This document shows positions 17,287 to 27,297 of a stretch of 64,000 nt of DNA, piece by piece. Position numbers and translations under genes: made by a program. Numbering within the stretch: the first letter of the stretch is position 1; each line of letters opens with the position of its first letter. The stretch comes from a virus. The notes under the pieces were generated by a model. The model was given only the letters and a program-made list of their open reading frames with translations. It was not told where the DNA came from and searched no databases. Location: UHGV virus genome UHGV-1351408; one strand, given 5' to 3'.

Positions 17287-19431
17287 TTACATAGAAACCC
17301 TGTCACGAATCTCAGCAATTTTTGCATCATTCATTCGGGATTCACCTTTAATCTTAGTCCACCCAAGATACCCACACACTCTGTTAATCACAGAGATGTC
17401 ATGTGAATGGCAAACCTCACATTCTTCAACATCAGCCTTTGGTCTGTTGCCACAATGTTCGCAGATTGCTAAGTCAAAGTTAAGTCCCTGATAAAAGCCT
17501 TTCAACAGCCCTCTTGTAATACAACTTTTAAGTGCTGGTAAGTTTTCTGGGTTAGCTACCCTCACATACTGGATTCTGCCGCCTCTACAGATATGGAAGA
17601 ATGGCTCTTCTAAGTCCTGCTTCTCAAATGGTGAGATATCTGCTGCAACATTCATATGGAAACTGTTTGTAAAATATTCCTTATCAGAAACGCCTTTGAT
17701 AACGCCAAACATATCTCTGAACTGTTTTAGCTGAGTTCCACACAATGACTCTGCTGGAGTGCCATATACTGCATACAGGAAGCCATCTTCATTCTTAAAC
17801 TCTTCAGTTTTCATGTTAATGTATGCCAGAACATCGTATGCAAAACTAGAACTTCCAACTTCATGAAGTCGTTTACCTTCAGCAAGAACAGATAGTTCAT
17901 CAAGCGCAGTAACCCCAAAAGAAGCTGTGAAGGACTTCACGATATCCCAACCAACCTTGTCAGTAGGTTTCTTAGTCCCTTTGTACAGACCACCTTGTGT
18001 GAATGCCAGAGGGTTAGAACTTGCTGGCATGTTAGCAATCATTTCGTAGCGTTTCTTGTGGAAGCTGCGAATCATCTCTAGGTACTTATCAAGCTCTTTC
18101 CAGAAATCTAAACCATTCTCTTTAGAATACTGGTAAATCATTGGTAAGTTCAAAGATACAGCACCAATGTTAGCACGACCAACATAGAACTCTTCCCCAT
18201 CCTCATTAAGATATGGAGATAAGAAGGCTCTGCAACCCATCGGTGAAATTACCTTGCCAGAACGCTCAAAAGCTTCTGCTACAGCACCATGACCAGAGAC
18301 GCTTAAGAAATCTGGATACATTGCTTTAGAGCAACACTCAATAGCTTTACTGTACAGTTGACCTTGACAGATATTCTCATCGTGTCTCTTCTGGTCATGA
18401 ATATAAACCAGTTTAGGGAATACAACAGGCTTCTTACTCTTACCTTGTCCATTCATGCGAACATCAAGAATAGTGTTTGCAATCATGTATTGTAGTCGGT
18501 TGTCTTCATTAGACATATCTGAGTCAAGTAAACCAAATGTTAAAGTTGTGAATGCGAAATCACCACGGCTACAAGGTACAGTATTTAGCTTCATCTCTAG
18601 TGACTGGAAGCCTTGAGTTAATTCAATCTGTAGCTGCTCCATGACATAGTTATGGTAATGTTCTTTAGGAATACCGTAAGATGCTGCTTTCTCAGCATGA
18701 TAGCGTAGAGACTTCTTAGCATACGGTACAAGCACCTTATCAATCTCTGCTAAAGTAAATCCACCAAATTGCTGTGCAGTTGCTGAAAGAACTACATCAC
18801 CAATAACCTGTAAGGCTGACAGCACAGACTTCGGTTCACAGTATTCGATGCCAGACATTTCAAAGCCACCTTTCAGTACTTTACCAATGTCAAACAGACA
18901 ACAGTTGATACCACCAAAAATTAGGTCTCTTAAGTCATGGATGTAGATAAACCCTTTTTCAATGGCTTCAAGTTCCTCTGGTGTTAAATGGTACTGTTTA
19001 AAGATTTCTTTAGTCAGATAACCACGAATAATTGAGCCTTTTGTAGAAATTAGACTGCTGTCGAAGTTAGCATTTTCACGGTCACCTAAGAAGAGTGTGT
19101 CTTTAGTCTTTTGGTAAAGCTCATCCCAATTTTGAGCAACCTCTTTACGGTAATTTCTATATGTTGAGTAAGACTCATAAATCTCGTGATTGACTTCTGC
19201 CAAAGCACCCTCAACAATACTGTGAATGTCATTTACCGAGATGAGCAAATTATTCTGCTTAGTGGACTTTACCAGAATCCTCATAAATGCTGACTCAAGA
19301 GCTTGGGTAACATCTGGTGGAAGTTCTTTATACCCAACCCTGTTAGCTGACTTAGTTACTGCTGCTAAAACTTTTTTGATATCAGGTTCTTCAAGTGAGC
19401 CATTCTTTTTAATAATCTGTACTTTGTTCAT
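17287..19431 (-). CDS. nrdD: Anaerobic ribonucleoside-triphosphate reductase (class III RNR)
   Basis: C-terminal glycyl-radical motif RVCGYLG and a Cys4 zinc ribbon (CEHCG ... CEVCH); 714 aa; RBS AGGGG. Confidence 0.9.
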   Translation of the reverse strand: MNKVQIIKKNGSLEEPDIKKVLAAVTKSANRVGYKELPPDVTQALESAFMRILVKSTKQNNLLISVNDIHSIVEGALAEVNHEIYESYSTYRNYRKEVAQNWDELYQKTKDTLFLGDRENANFDSSLISTKGSIIRGYLTKEIFKQYHLTPEELEAIEKGFIYIHDLRDLIFGGINCCLFDIGKVLKGGFEMSGIEYCEPKSVLSALQVIGDVVLSATAQQFGGFTLAEIDKVLVPYAKKSLRYHAEKAASYGIPKEHYHNYVMEQLQIELTQGFQSLEMKLNTVPCSRGDFAFTTLTFGLLDSDMSNEDNRLQYMIANTILDVRMNGQGKSKKPVVFPKLVYIHDQKRHDENICQGQLYSKAIECCSKAMYPDFLSVSGHGAVAEAFERSGKVISPMGCRAFLSPYLNEDGEEFYVGRANIGAVSLNLPMIYQYSKENGLDFWKELDKYLEMIRSFHKKRYEMIANMPASSNPLAFTQGGLYKGTKKPTDKVGWDIVKSFTASFGVTALDELSVLAEGKRLHEVGSSSFAYDVLAYINMKTEEFKNEDGFLYAVYGTPAESLCGTQLKQFRDMFGVIKGVSDKEYFTNSFHMNVAADISPFEKQDLEEPFFHICRGGRIQYVRVANPENLPALKSCITRGLLKGFYQGLNFDLAICEHCGNRPKADVEECEVCHSHDISVINRVCGYLGWTKIKGESRMNDAKIAEIRDRVSM

Positions 19432-19439
19432 TATTGCCC

Positions 19440-19475
19440 CTTTACATGCTAAAAAGGTCTCCGAAGAGACCCTTT
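19440..19475 (-). terminator. Intrinsic terminator
   Basis: GGUCUC-UUCG-GAGACC hairpin (19456-19471) followed by UUUUUAG on the minus-strand transcript. Confidence 0.6.
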
Positions 19476-19479
19476 CATT

Positions 19480-19686
19480 TTAAATCTTTTTAGAAAACTT
19501 TGAAACGAGTTTTCTTAGTTTTTCAGTGATACCTAGCTGTATCTCTAATATTTCAAAGATAACCCATAGTAACATGGCTCCAAACAATGAACCTTGTTCA
19601 AAATCAGTAAATAGGTTAACAATAAGCATACCAATCACAATGGCTGGTGCATCAACAACCAAGCCTTCCCAAAGGCGTTTAAGCAT
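19480..19686 (-). CDS. Small membrane protein (68 aa)
   Basis: Hydrophobic helices (IVIGMLIVNLF, LFGAMLLWVIF). Confidence 0.4.
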   Translation of the reverse strand: MLKRLWEGLVVDAPAIVIGMLIVNLFTDFEQGSLFGAMLLWVIFEILEIQLGITEKLRKLVSKFSKKI

Positions 19687-19921
19687 TATTCACCTCTGCC
19701 ATAAAATTCTGTAGCGTTCCAACAGGTTTTAGATTTTGACCATCAGTTTTCATGATGAATGGCATCTGACGAACTGGCATCTGTGCAATATCCATCAGGT
19801 CTGACAGTTCATAATCCTGCCCTAACATTCTCACAACATGGTCAATACCACGAGCTTTTGCAAAATTCTTTGCAGTCTCACACTGAGGGCATCCAGTTTT
19901 GGAGTAAATTACATAAGTCAT
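19679..19921 (-). CDS. nrdH: Glutaredoxin/NrdH-like redoxin
   Basis: CPQC active-site motif near the N-terminus; 80 aa; sits between nrdB and nrdD. Confidence 0.55.
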   Translation of the reverse strand: MTYVIYSKTGCPQCETAKNFAKARGIDHVVRMLGQDYELSDLMDIAQMPVRQMPFIMKTDGQNLKPVGTLQNFMAEVNNA

Positions 19922-20994
19922 TAAGGAACCTCTAAAAATCCACTATTCAAATCATCGACAACAGTATTCAATAAATACGCACCGTTCTGTTGCTCCTGAT
20001 TAGCATTCTGCTCTTTATCAATTTCCATCTTCTTAATCATATACTTCAAAGGTGGTTCTTTAGGAGCTACAAAATCTCTGGGAATGCCAAACATATCATA
20101 CAGTGGGGCAGCATTATAGTAAACCCACTCATGAAGAAGCTTTGTATTCAACCCAACTACAGCACGTCCTTCGGAGAAGATATAATACGACCATTTTTCT
20201 TCACTTTCAACTACTTCATCTAAGATTACTTTAATCTCTGGAAGAATTTGTTGGAAAGCTTTTTGCCACTCATCATCTCTTAGAGTTTCTTTTAAAACTT
20301 CAATATCAATTTTAGTGTGAAGGATTTCATCAAGCATAATTTTCTGTACAGCTTGAGCAATACCCTGAAATTTATCTTGAGCATCAAGTGCAAAAGTACA
20401 TGCAAAGGATGCCATAAAAGAAATACCTTCAAGTGCAGTCACTGCAAATAGACCTTTTAGAATCACTTTATGGAAGTGTAAAGGGTCTTTGTCCAGAAGT
20501 GAGTCACGGACATAACTCAGTCGATAGTTTATACCTTCGTCCAGCAATTCTTCAAGAACACGATTCACAGTTTTTAATCGGTCTTGCACAGCAATATTCT
20601 GGTTAATCTCATCTAAGATTGTTTCAGGGTTTTTAATACATTGCCTTACAATCTCCGAGTAAGTAAGAGCATGTAGGTTTTCAATCTCAGACTGCTTCAT
20701 AATTGCAGTTGCATAAATGTCATCAGAGATGAATGGTGCAAAGGCAAACGCTAAACTCTTAGCAACTTGAGTATCTGCTTCCCATTGCCACTTAAGAATC
20801 TCAAGCATTACACCTGACATTGATGCTGGTACACTCTCAAAATCAAGACGTGATTGTTCAAAAGGGAACTCATCTTCTGACCAGTCTTGTGCTTTTTGTT
20901 GTTTATATAGTTCAAAGATTTTTGGGTAGTGTTTATTAAGTGAGTCAAACGTCTTTCTCTCACCACCTAAAAAGATTGGGTGTTGGTTAATCAT
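19921..20994 (-). CDS. nrdB: Ribonucleotide reductase class Ia small subunit
   Basis: Size and position immediately downstream of nrdA; track ORF begins at a TTG, first ATG at 20994 with AGGAGA upstream and an ATGA overlap with the preceding gene. Confidence 0.8.
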   Translation of the reverse strand: MINQHPIFLGGERKTFDSLNKHYPKIFELYKQQKAQDWSEDEFPFEQSRLDFESVPASMSGVMLEILKWQWEADTQVAKSLAFAFAPFISDDIYATAIMKQSEIENLHALTYSEIVRQCIKNPETILDEINQNIAVQDRLKTVNRVLEELLDEGINYRLSYVRDSLLDKDPLHFHKVILKGLFAVTALEGISFMASFACTFALDAQDKFQGIAQAVQKIMLDEILHTKIDIEVLKETLRDDEWQKAFQQILPEIKVILDEVVESEEKWSYYIFSEGRAVVGLNTKLLHEWVYYNAAPLYDMFGIPRDFVAPKEPPLKYMIKKMEIDKEQNANQEQQNGAYLLNTVVDDLNSGFLEVP

Positions 20995-21248
20995 AGCGTG
21001 ATTTCTCCTTTCTTTATCATCTCTAAGGCTTGTTTTCTGTCTAAAACTTCCCAATTTTCTTCATTGAACATCTCATAAGGTCTTGCGTAGATTTTACCAT
21101 CTGCTGTAGAGATGTAAGAGGCTCCAGTGACCCATAAGTCATCATTCTGCTTTATCATGATGCCTGTGCTGCTCACGTAGTATAATGTTTTGCGGGGTTT
21201 GTAGAATAAGTATATTGGCCTCTCATGTTTTTCTATTAAGTCTTTCAT
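20991..21248 (-). CDS. Hypothetical protein (85 aa) between nrdA and nrdB
   Basis: First ATG at 21248 with GGAGA upstream; track ORF extends across an upstream hairpin. Confidence 0.4.
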   Translation of the reverse strand: MKDLIEKHERPIYLFYKPRKTLYYVSSTGIMIKQNDDLWVTGASYISTADGKIYARPYEMFNEENWEVLDRKQALEMIKKGEITL

Positions 21249-21303
21249 AGTTTCTCCAAAGTTAATTTTAGAGGGTCTTTTACGACCCTCATAGTTATTA
21301 AAA

Positions 21304-23538
21304 CTAAACACCACAACCCTCGCAATAAGCATCTTGCAGTGCAGATTTACCTACACCAATGCGGCTGTTGAGGTAGTACATGGTTTTCATACCTACTGAG
21401 TTGGCATAAATCATGTACTTCAAAGCTTGAGCCAATGATACCTTCTTCGCTTTTGCGTAGTCAACATAGAAATCTGAAGAGATAGCTTGACCAGTGAACT
21501 TTTGAACAATTGCATAACAATCAATCAGGTCAAAGGTGTCAATATCCCAAGCAATTTCATAGACATACTTCAACTCTTCATAATCTGGAACAATAAACAG
21601 TACGTTACCAGTTGCAGACTTTTTAGTTAAAATAAAGTCACGAATTGGATACAAGCCATTTGTCGTATTAGTTGCCAGTGAAGAACTCTCATTAGGCATG
21701 TAAGCTTCTAATACAGAGTTACGGATTCCACCATTTTCTTTAATACGTTGTGCTAAGTCATCCCAATCATAACGAAGTTTTGCATCATGCTTCTCATCAA
21801 TCTTCCTGTTAGCTGTCTTCGGAGGAACCCAACCTTCAGGATACTTAGTGAACTGCATATACTCAGGTACACCACGTTCTTTAGCAAGTCTTAAAGAAGC
21901 TTCATGTAAGTAGTAAGAGTGCATTTCAGCAAGCTCATGAAGCTTCGTCTTACCTGCTATTGAAGAGTAGTTCACGTAGTTTTTTGCAAGGTAATGAGCC
22001 ACATTTGTAAGGCCAATCCCAACAGAGCGACGCTTCTGAACATGGTTGCGCATCGACGGATACGGATAATCCATAAGGTCAATAACGGAGTCAACCATTG
22101 CAAGAGCATAATAAGCAACGTCAGCGTATTCATCTTCTGAAATTCTCCCTGCAACCAAACTAGCTAGGAAGCAAAGAGCTACCTCACCATCCTCTTTCAC
22201 AGCATCATCTCTGTAAAGGTCTGTCTCCTTCTCAAAGCCATATACTGGCAACACAATTTCCATACAAAGGTTTGACATCTTCAAAGGCTCTTTAAATGGT
22301 GTATGTGTGTTTGCATTATTTGTGAAGAATGGATACACACGACCTGTTGCATAACGCTGCTGGATAAACAGTTTAGCAATTTCACGAGCCTTTACTCGTC
22401 TGTGCTTAACACCAGAATGTACTGCGTGACCAACTGCCATAGCAAACTCATCAGCAGATGCGGTGTAGAACATATCATAAAGTTTTGGTGCATCCTTGTA
22501 AGAGAATAGCAACCAATCTGTATCATATTGAACACACTGCCAGAAATAATCATTTGTACCGAATGAGTAGTCCATCTCATTAATACGTTTAGAAGGAACC
22601 GTTGTAGGGTGCTTCAAACGCAGTAAATCTTCAATCTGCGGGTCTAGAGCAGTGTAGAAGTTGTTAGCTGAACCACCACGGCTCTTTTGTTTGTTTGCCT
22701 CTACAGATGAACGTACAAGCTTGTAATAAGGCAGTTTACCCATGTGCTCAATAGTGTTTTGACGGATACCATCGCCAATAGTGCGAGTCTCCATCAGCAT
22801 TCCAATACCAGCTTGCTTTGTAGTCATATCATAAGCAACCTTTGCAGCAATACCGAGTGATTCAGCAGTATCATTCGCCTTAATCAAACAGCATGACGCA
22901 TAACCTGATTTAGTAGCTCTTAAACCATTCAGATAAGGCGTAGGAGCATTAATCTTCAGGTCAGATAGGTAAGTGTACAGTTTGATAACATCTTGCAGTC
23001 TACGGTGCTTTGGTTGCTTCTCAAAGGCTTTCATAGCCATACCCATAAACATAAACTGTGGTGACTCAAACAATCTTCCAGTTTTAATATCACGGATACC
23101 ATACTTGTCTCTAAACTGTTTCAAGACTGCATAACCGTAAGAGATATCTTTTGAGTGCACAATGTACCCTTGCAGATATTCAAGCTCTTCCTGAGAATAG
23201 TCCATCTTCTCCCAAAGTCCTGCTCTCTCCATATTTTTAACGAAGGTAACCAGCGTAGGAACCTTAGTAAAGCCTCCAAAGGCTTCTTTGTAGATAATCC
23301 CTAGAAGTAGCCGTCCAGCCATGTCTGAGTACTCTTGAGTTTGTTTATCAACACAAACATCAATCATGGCTTGGTGCATCTCTTTTGTAGTGCAACCTTC
23401 ATAGACACGTTTCATGGCTTCCATAGTGACTTCTGACCAGATGATTCCACGCTTATCTGCCCATGATGCCCACTTATTCAGTCTTTCTGGGTCAAAACTT
23501 ACTACTGTGCCGTTTGATTTTTTAATTGTCTTAATCAT
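21304..23538 (-). CDS. nrdA: Ribonucleotide reductase class Ia large subunit
   Basis: 744 aa; C-terminal redox-active cysteine pair (CEGCGV). Confidence 0.9.
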   Translation of the reverse strand: MIKTIKKSNGTVVSFDPERLNKWASWADKRGIIWSEVTMEAMKRVYEGCTTKEMHQAMIDVCVDKQTQEYSDMAGRLLLGIIYKEAFGGFTKVPTLVTFVKNMERAGLWEKMDYSQEELEYLQGYIVHSKDISYGYAVLKQFRDKYGIRDIKTGRLFESPQFMFMGMAMKAFEKQPKHRRLQDVIKLYTYLSDLKINAPTPYLNGLRATKSGYASCCLIKANDTAESLGIAAKVAYDMTTKQAGIGMLMETRTIGDGIRQNTIEHMGKLPYYKLVRSSVEANKQKSRGGSANNFYTALDPQIEDLLRLKHPTTVPSKRINEMDYSFGTNDYFWQCVQYDTDWLLFSYKDAPKLYDMFYTASADEFAMAVGHAVHSGVKHRRVKAREIAKLFIQQRYATGRVYPFFTNNANTHTPFKEPLKMSNLCMEIVLPVYGFEKETDLYRDDAVKEDGEVALCFLASLVAGRISEDEYADVAYYALAMVDSVIDLMDYPYPSMRNHVQKRRSVGIGLTNVAHYLAKNYVNYSSIAGKTKLHELAEMHSYYLHEASLRLAKERGVPEYMQFTKYPEGWVPPKTANRKIDEKHDAKLRYDWDDLAQRIKENGGIRNSVLEAYMPNESSSLATNTTNGLYPIRDFILTKKSATGNVLFIVPDYEELKYVYEIAWDIDTFDLIDCYAIVQKFTGQAISSDFYVDYAKAKKVSLAQALKYMIYANSVGMKTMYYLNSRIGVGKSALQDAYCEGCGV

Positions 23539-23554
23539 TTTTGAATCCTACAGA

Positions 23555-23582
23555 TGAAAAGAGCCTCCGAAGAGGCTCCCTA
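23555..23582 (-). terminator. Intrinsic terminator
   Basis: GAGCCUC-UUCG-GAGGCUC hairpin followed by UUUUCAUCUG on the minus-strand transcript. Confidence 0.6.
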
Positions 23583-23584
23583 GT

Positions 23585-23920
23585 TTAAATCTTGAAAATT
23601 TGCTCATTCTGCCACATATCGTAAAACTTATCACTTACCTTTGTGACTGAAGAGGTGTGCATACAATTCAGGAACCATGACGGTGTACTAGCATCCATAA
23701 TTGTTTCAAGTTTTTGTGTGACATTCACATCCATGTCTGCAACAACGTAATTGCCTCGCATTTTGCAAACAATTCTTCCAAACAAGATTGCACTTCTACC
23801 TCTTCGGTCATCACAGTACATAACTGTGTCCCCGTGCTTAACATCTTGCCCGATGCTATCAACACCTAATTTAGCACCTGAGATAATGTCATCATAAGAT
23901 AGCTTTTTTGCTTTAGACAC
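23585..23920 (-). CDS. Hypothetical protein (111 aa)
   Basis: GTG start with GGAGA 6 nt upstream. Confidence 0.45.
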   Translation of the reverse strand: MSKAKKLSYDDIISGAKLGVDSIGQDVKHGDTVMYCDDRRGRSAILFGRIVCKMRGNYVVADMDVNVTQKLETIMDASTPSWFLNCMHTSSVTKVSDKFYDMWQNEQIFKI

Positions 23921-24236
23921 GGTATTTCTCCAAGTTTCTTTTCAGATATAGCCAACCATAGTCAGTCCTTTCTACACCCATAAAGAGTGGAGCCATCACA
24001 ACTTTACCAAAAGTATTTCTGTGTTGGCAGATTTCAAAAGAATACTCTTTCTCAATATCAATCCCGTATTTGTACAGGACTGCTTTTAAAACTTGTTCAT
24101 TGTCCAGAAGTGTATCTGGAGTCTCACCATATTTTTCTAGTAACGGGTCATTCATAAACACCGTCATAGAAATATTGTAGTTTGAGAAGTGGCTCTTCTG
24201 AGCCACGCCTTCTTTATTAATGTTCTGTGAATCCAT
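23913..24236 (-). CDS. Hypothetical protein
   Basis: First ATG at 24236. Confidence 0.4.
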   Translation of the reverse strand: MDSQNINKEGVAQKSHFSNYNISMTVFMNDPLLEKYGETPDTLLDNEQVLKAVLYKYGIDIEKEYSFEICQHRNTFGKVVMAPLFMGVERTDYGWLYLKRNLEKYRV

Positions 24237-24972
24237 TATAACCAACCCCTTTTAACCAGCACTTCAGGTTATTAGCATCATAATTCAGTTTCGGGTATGA
24301 GGTTACATGGAACTGCTCACCATCATAGTAGACAATATCTGCAATCCATAGTCCATTCTCTTTACAGAAATCTTTATCTGCTTTAGAGGTAATTGGATTA
24401 ACTTCTACAAAACCATCTACACCCAAATCCTTTAAGCTACATACAATACCTTTGCAGATAACGCATGTGTCAGATACTACCACAAAAAGTTCTTGGCTTT
24501 CAAGTTCTACAATGTATTCACCAAGCTGAACTTTAGGTAGATTAGATTGCTTCATAATCTTCCCATCGGATGCACGAACAATTGCATACCATTCTTTGCC
24601 ATCAACTACTGACATTCTGATGATACACTCTTGACCAGTACGCTTCTCAATATCTGCAAGACGTTTTAAAGCTTCTTCATAGTCATCTGTGTACTTCAGG
24701 TCATTATTATGGCAAACGGCTTTCATAGCACCGTTATGGTCATGTTGTGACAGATAAATCAGACCATCAAGAACATATTGCAAATCTGCCTGAGCATCCA
24801 GTGTCTCAATGGGGTCTTTCTCTTCAATTGCTTTTACAAGCTCTTTTGCTTCTTCAAGCATACACAGAGACTGGGATTTTAAAGATTCCCAATACTCATC
24901 ACTGTAAGGTTGCTTTTGAGTGTTTCCACAACGAAGATTCCAGTTTTTTACTGCTTCTCTTGAGTTAAACAT
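24217..24972 (-). CDS. Hypothetical protein; possible N-terminal MazG-like NTP pyrophosphohydrolase domain
   Basis: N-terminal LEEAKELVKAIEEKDP ... LDAQADLQYVLDGL resembles the MazG EExxEL / ELGDxL helices; weak. Confidence 0.3.
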   Translation of the reverse strand: MFNSREAVKNWNLRCGNTQKQPYSDEYWESLKSQSLCMLEEAKELVKAIEEKDPIETLDAQADLQYVLDGLIYLSQHDHNGAMKAVCHNNDLKYTDDYEEALKRLADIEKRTGQECIIRMSVVDGKEWYAIVRASDGKIMKQSNLPKVQLGEYIVELESQELFVVVSDTCVICKGIVCSLKDLGVDGFVEVNPITSKADKDFCKENGLWIADIVYYDGEQFHVTSYPKLNYDANNLKCWLKGVGYNGFTEH

Positions 24973-25195
24973 TCGGACTCCTTAAAAATCTGTTAACCTT
25001 TAGCTCTCGTGTTTCAATATATTCCAGATGCTCACGTAGCTCTTGACGTTTAAGCATTAGGTGCTGCATTTGAGATTCAACAGCTTCAACCTCTTTAATT
25101 ATTGACTCTCTGGCATTTGCAAGAATGCGCTCAAGTTCTTCAATCTTGCTGTCAACTTTTGCTACATGACTCACAGCTTTACTTTTGTTAAACAT
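24965..25195 (-). CDS. Small coiled-coil protein
   Basis: First ATG at 25195 with GAGAGAG upstream; heptad-like charged sequence. Confidence 0.4.
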   Translation of the reverse strand: MFNKSKAVSHVAKVDSKIEELERILANARESIIKEVEAVESQMQHLMLKRQELREHLEYIETRELKVNRFLRSPNV

Positions 25196-25216
25196 TTTAT
25201 TCTCTCTCAATAGTTA

Positions 25217-25714
25217 TCAAGCACAATTTGCTTTCATTACCTTATGGATTCTTTTTTCAGCATCTTCATAAGTTTCTTTAGTAATAAACTTAATTGCTGC
25301 AATATTGGCATTGTAGAAGAGTCTGAGCTTAGAGTCAATCCTTTTTGTCATTACATCGAATTTATGTTGAAGGTTTGCTTCACCATAAACTAGACCACCT
25401 TTTGTGTAGTAGGTTTGAATAATGTAAAAGTCAAAAAACTCTTTTCCAAAACTCTCAATATCTTTTTTAATATACTCAGAAGAAGTCTCATAAGTCATCC
25501 AATCACTTTCCTTAGTGACTACCTTCTTCCGAGTCTTGCCAGCAACTTTTCTTTTGGTCACACTATTAAGCTGTTTCTTTCCAATATAATATTGTCCGGT
25601 TTTCTTACAGTGTACTAAATAGACAAAACCAAAATGTTTAGTGGGGTCAACTTCCCCACATAAAGATACCCAATGACCATAGGTAGGACAATTGCCAAAT
25701 CCTTTAATCTTCAT
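25217..25714 (-). CDS. GIY-YIG-like endonuclease (putative homing endonuclease)
   Basis: N-terminal GFVYLVHCKKTGQYYIGKK resembles the GIY-(10-11)-YIG motif; ATGA overlap with the upstream HNH gene. Confidence 0.45.
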   Translation of the reverse strand: MKIKGFGNCPTYGHWVSLCGEVDPTKHFGFVYLVHCKKTGQYYIGKKQLNSVTKRKVAGKTRKKVVTKESDWMTYETSSEYIKKDIESFGKEFFDFYIIQTYYTKGGLVYGEANLQHKFDVMTKRIDSKLRLFYNANIAAIKFITKETYEDAEKRIHKVMKANCA

Positions 25715-26226
25715 TCATAAGCTTCTCCGTGATTTGAAAACTCTTTATGTAGTTCTTCTCTTTTCTTTGTGACTGCATCTTTGGCATCTTCAATACTGTC
25801 AAAATACCCCAGAAAGTGAGATACCCCGTGTGCCATAACTCTGGCCTTCCATTTTTGGTTAGCCTTATAGAAAGATACACCCTTAACTCCAGATGTGTTG
25901 TTGGAGTGTGTTCTTCTATTCCAAGAGTTTTCAGCTTGTGTGCAAACCCTTAGATTTAATCTACGATTATCATTCGTAATACCGTTGCGATGGTCTACTC
26001 TGTTAGGTAGGAAACCGTCTGTGTACAGGATTGCTAAATCATGAGCCATGTATAATTTTCTTTTAATTTTTATCCTAATATAACCTCGCTTATGTGGTGT
26101 ACCTGCAATGGAACCTATAACTGTTCTGTTAGCTGCTTTCTTTATCCACGTAAAAACCCCTGTTTCGGGGTCATAGTGTAGATATTCTTTAAGTATCTGC
26201 TGAGTCAACATTTGGAGTCCAACCAT
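25711..26226 (-). CDS. HNH homing endonuclease with C-terminal AP2-like DNA-binding domain
   Basis: HNH core VDHRNGITNDNRRLNLRVCTQAENSWN; AP2-like GVKGVSFYKANQKWKARV ... GYFDSIEDA; first ATG at 26226. Confidence 0.6.
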   Translation of the reverse strand: MVGLQMLTQQILKEYLHYDPETGVFTWIKKAANRTVIGSIAGTPHKRGYIRIKIKRKLYMAHDLAILYTDGFLPNRVDHRNGITNDNRRLNLRVCTQAENSWNRRTHSNNTSGVKGVSFYKANQKWKARVMAHGVSHFLGYFDSIEDAKDAVTKKREELHKEFSNHGEAYE

Positions 26227-27235
26227 ACTTTTCAAATGAAAAAATATCTGATTTATTTCGCTCTTGATAAGCTAGGAAGAAATGTTGTTCCATTAGTTCT
26301 AACGGTGTCTTTGTAACAGTCTGTCCATCCCATGACACATAGGTGTAAGAGTCTTTTTTAGCATAGAGTTCATAGATAGCATCAAGACACTCTTTGTAGG
26401 TTTCTTTACCATCTAAAGCATTCATCACAGCTACTTTTCCAGCACCTTTAAGGCCGAAGTAGTTGTCTGCATTATCCCCAGCAACAGCCTGATAACACAA
26501 GAATTTAAAACCTACACCGACTGTTTTTGCAGCTTTTGGCTTTGATTTAATAGGGCAATCCCAGATATCACCAACATTATTATCAGCAATAAAAATCAGT
26601 GGTGACTTTTCATAAGTCATATCAATACAATAAGTCCCTTCAGCTTGTCGAAGGTCTTTGTCAATACTCATAAGAGCAGCCTTCTTACCCATCTTTTCAG
26701 CTTTAGCAATTACGATGGAATCGGCTTCGAAGCCTCCCTTTAAGAGCTTGAACTCTGGCCTAGATAGGAGATATTCACGACAAGCAACTAAGTGTGTTGG
26801 TGTGACAGCATCTTTACGGTTACCTTGATATTGGTGCTCAAGACCTTTAATGTCTTTATGTTTATGTACACCCTTCTCTGTTAAATAACCTACCCAAGTT
26901 CTTTCTTTACCAACAACCTTAAGCCATTCCTGAAGAACCTGCTGAGTAGCCATGATAGCTTCTTTTTCACTCTTAGCTTCTTTCCAAGTCTGTCTTTCCC
27001 ATTCCTCTTCATCAAATGTTAGGCCAAGTTCTTCCACGAGGATTCTCTGGTCTGCTAACCATCTTGCGGCATCTTTTGCATTATCAAATGGCTCAGATTC
27101 TTCTGCTGTAAGTTTATTCACATATTTATACTTTGCCTTTTCAACTACACAAGCACCTTTATAGGCAATACTGTCAGAGTCAATAAAGACATGCGTAACT
27201 GAATCGGGGAGTTTTGTTAGTGTGTACTTCTCCAT
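26189..27235 (-). CDS. 5'-3' exonuclease / flap endonuclease (T7 gp6-like)
   Basis: Acidic clusters VFIDSDSIAYKGA and LMSIDKDL resemble the T7 gp6 DGD and CDKD sites. Confidence 0.55.
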   Translation of the reverse strand: MEKYTLTKLPDSVTHVFIDSDSIAYKGACVVEKAKYKYVNKLTAEESEPFDNAKDAARWLADQRILVEELGLTFDEEEWERQTWKEAKSEKEAIMATQQVLQEWLKVVGKERTWVGYLTEKGVHKHKDIKGLEHQYQGNRKDAVTPTHLVACREYLLSRPEFKLLKGGFEADSIVIAKAEKMGKKAALMSIDKDLRQAEGTYCIDMTYEKSPLIFIADNNVGDIWDCPIKSKPKAAKTVGVGFKFLCYQAVAGDNADNYFGLKGAGKVAVMNALDGKETYKECLDAIYELYAKKDSYTYVSWDGQTVTKTPLELMEQHFFLAYQERNKSDIFSFEKYGWTPNVDSADT

Positions 27236-27244
27236 TGTGACTCT

Positions 27245-27280
27245 CCATATGAAAAAGCCCCATACTAAGTACAGGGCTTT
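27245..27280 (-). terminator. Intrinsic terminator
   Basis: AAAGCCC-loop-GGGCUUU hairpin followed by UUUUUCAUAUGG on the minus-strand transcript. Confidence 0.5.
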
Positions 27281-27297
27281 AAAGTAACTTTTAGAGA

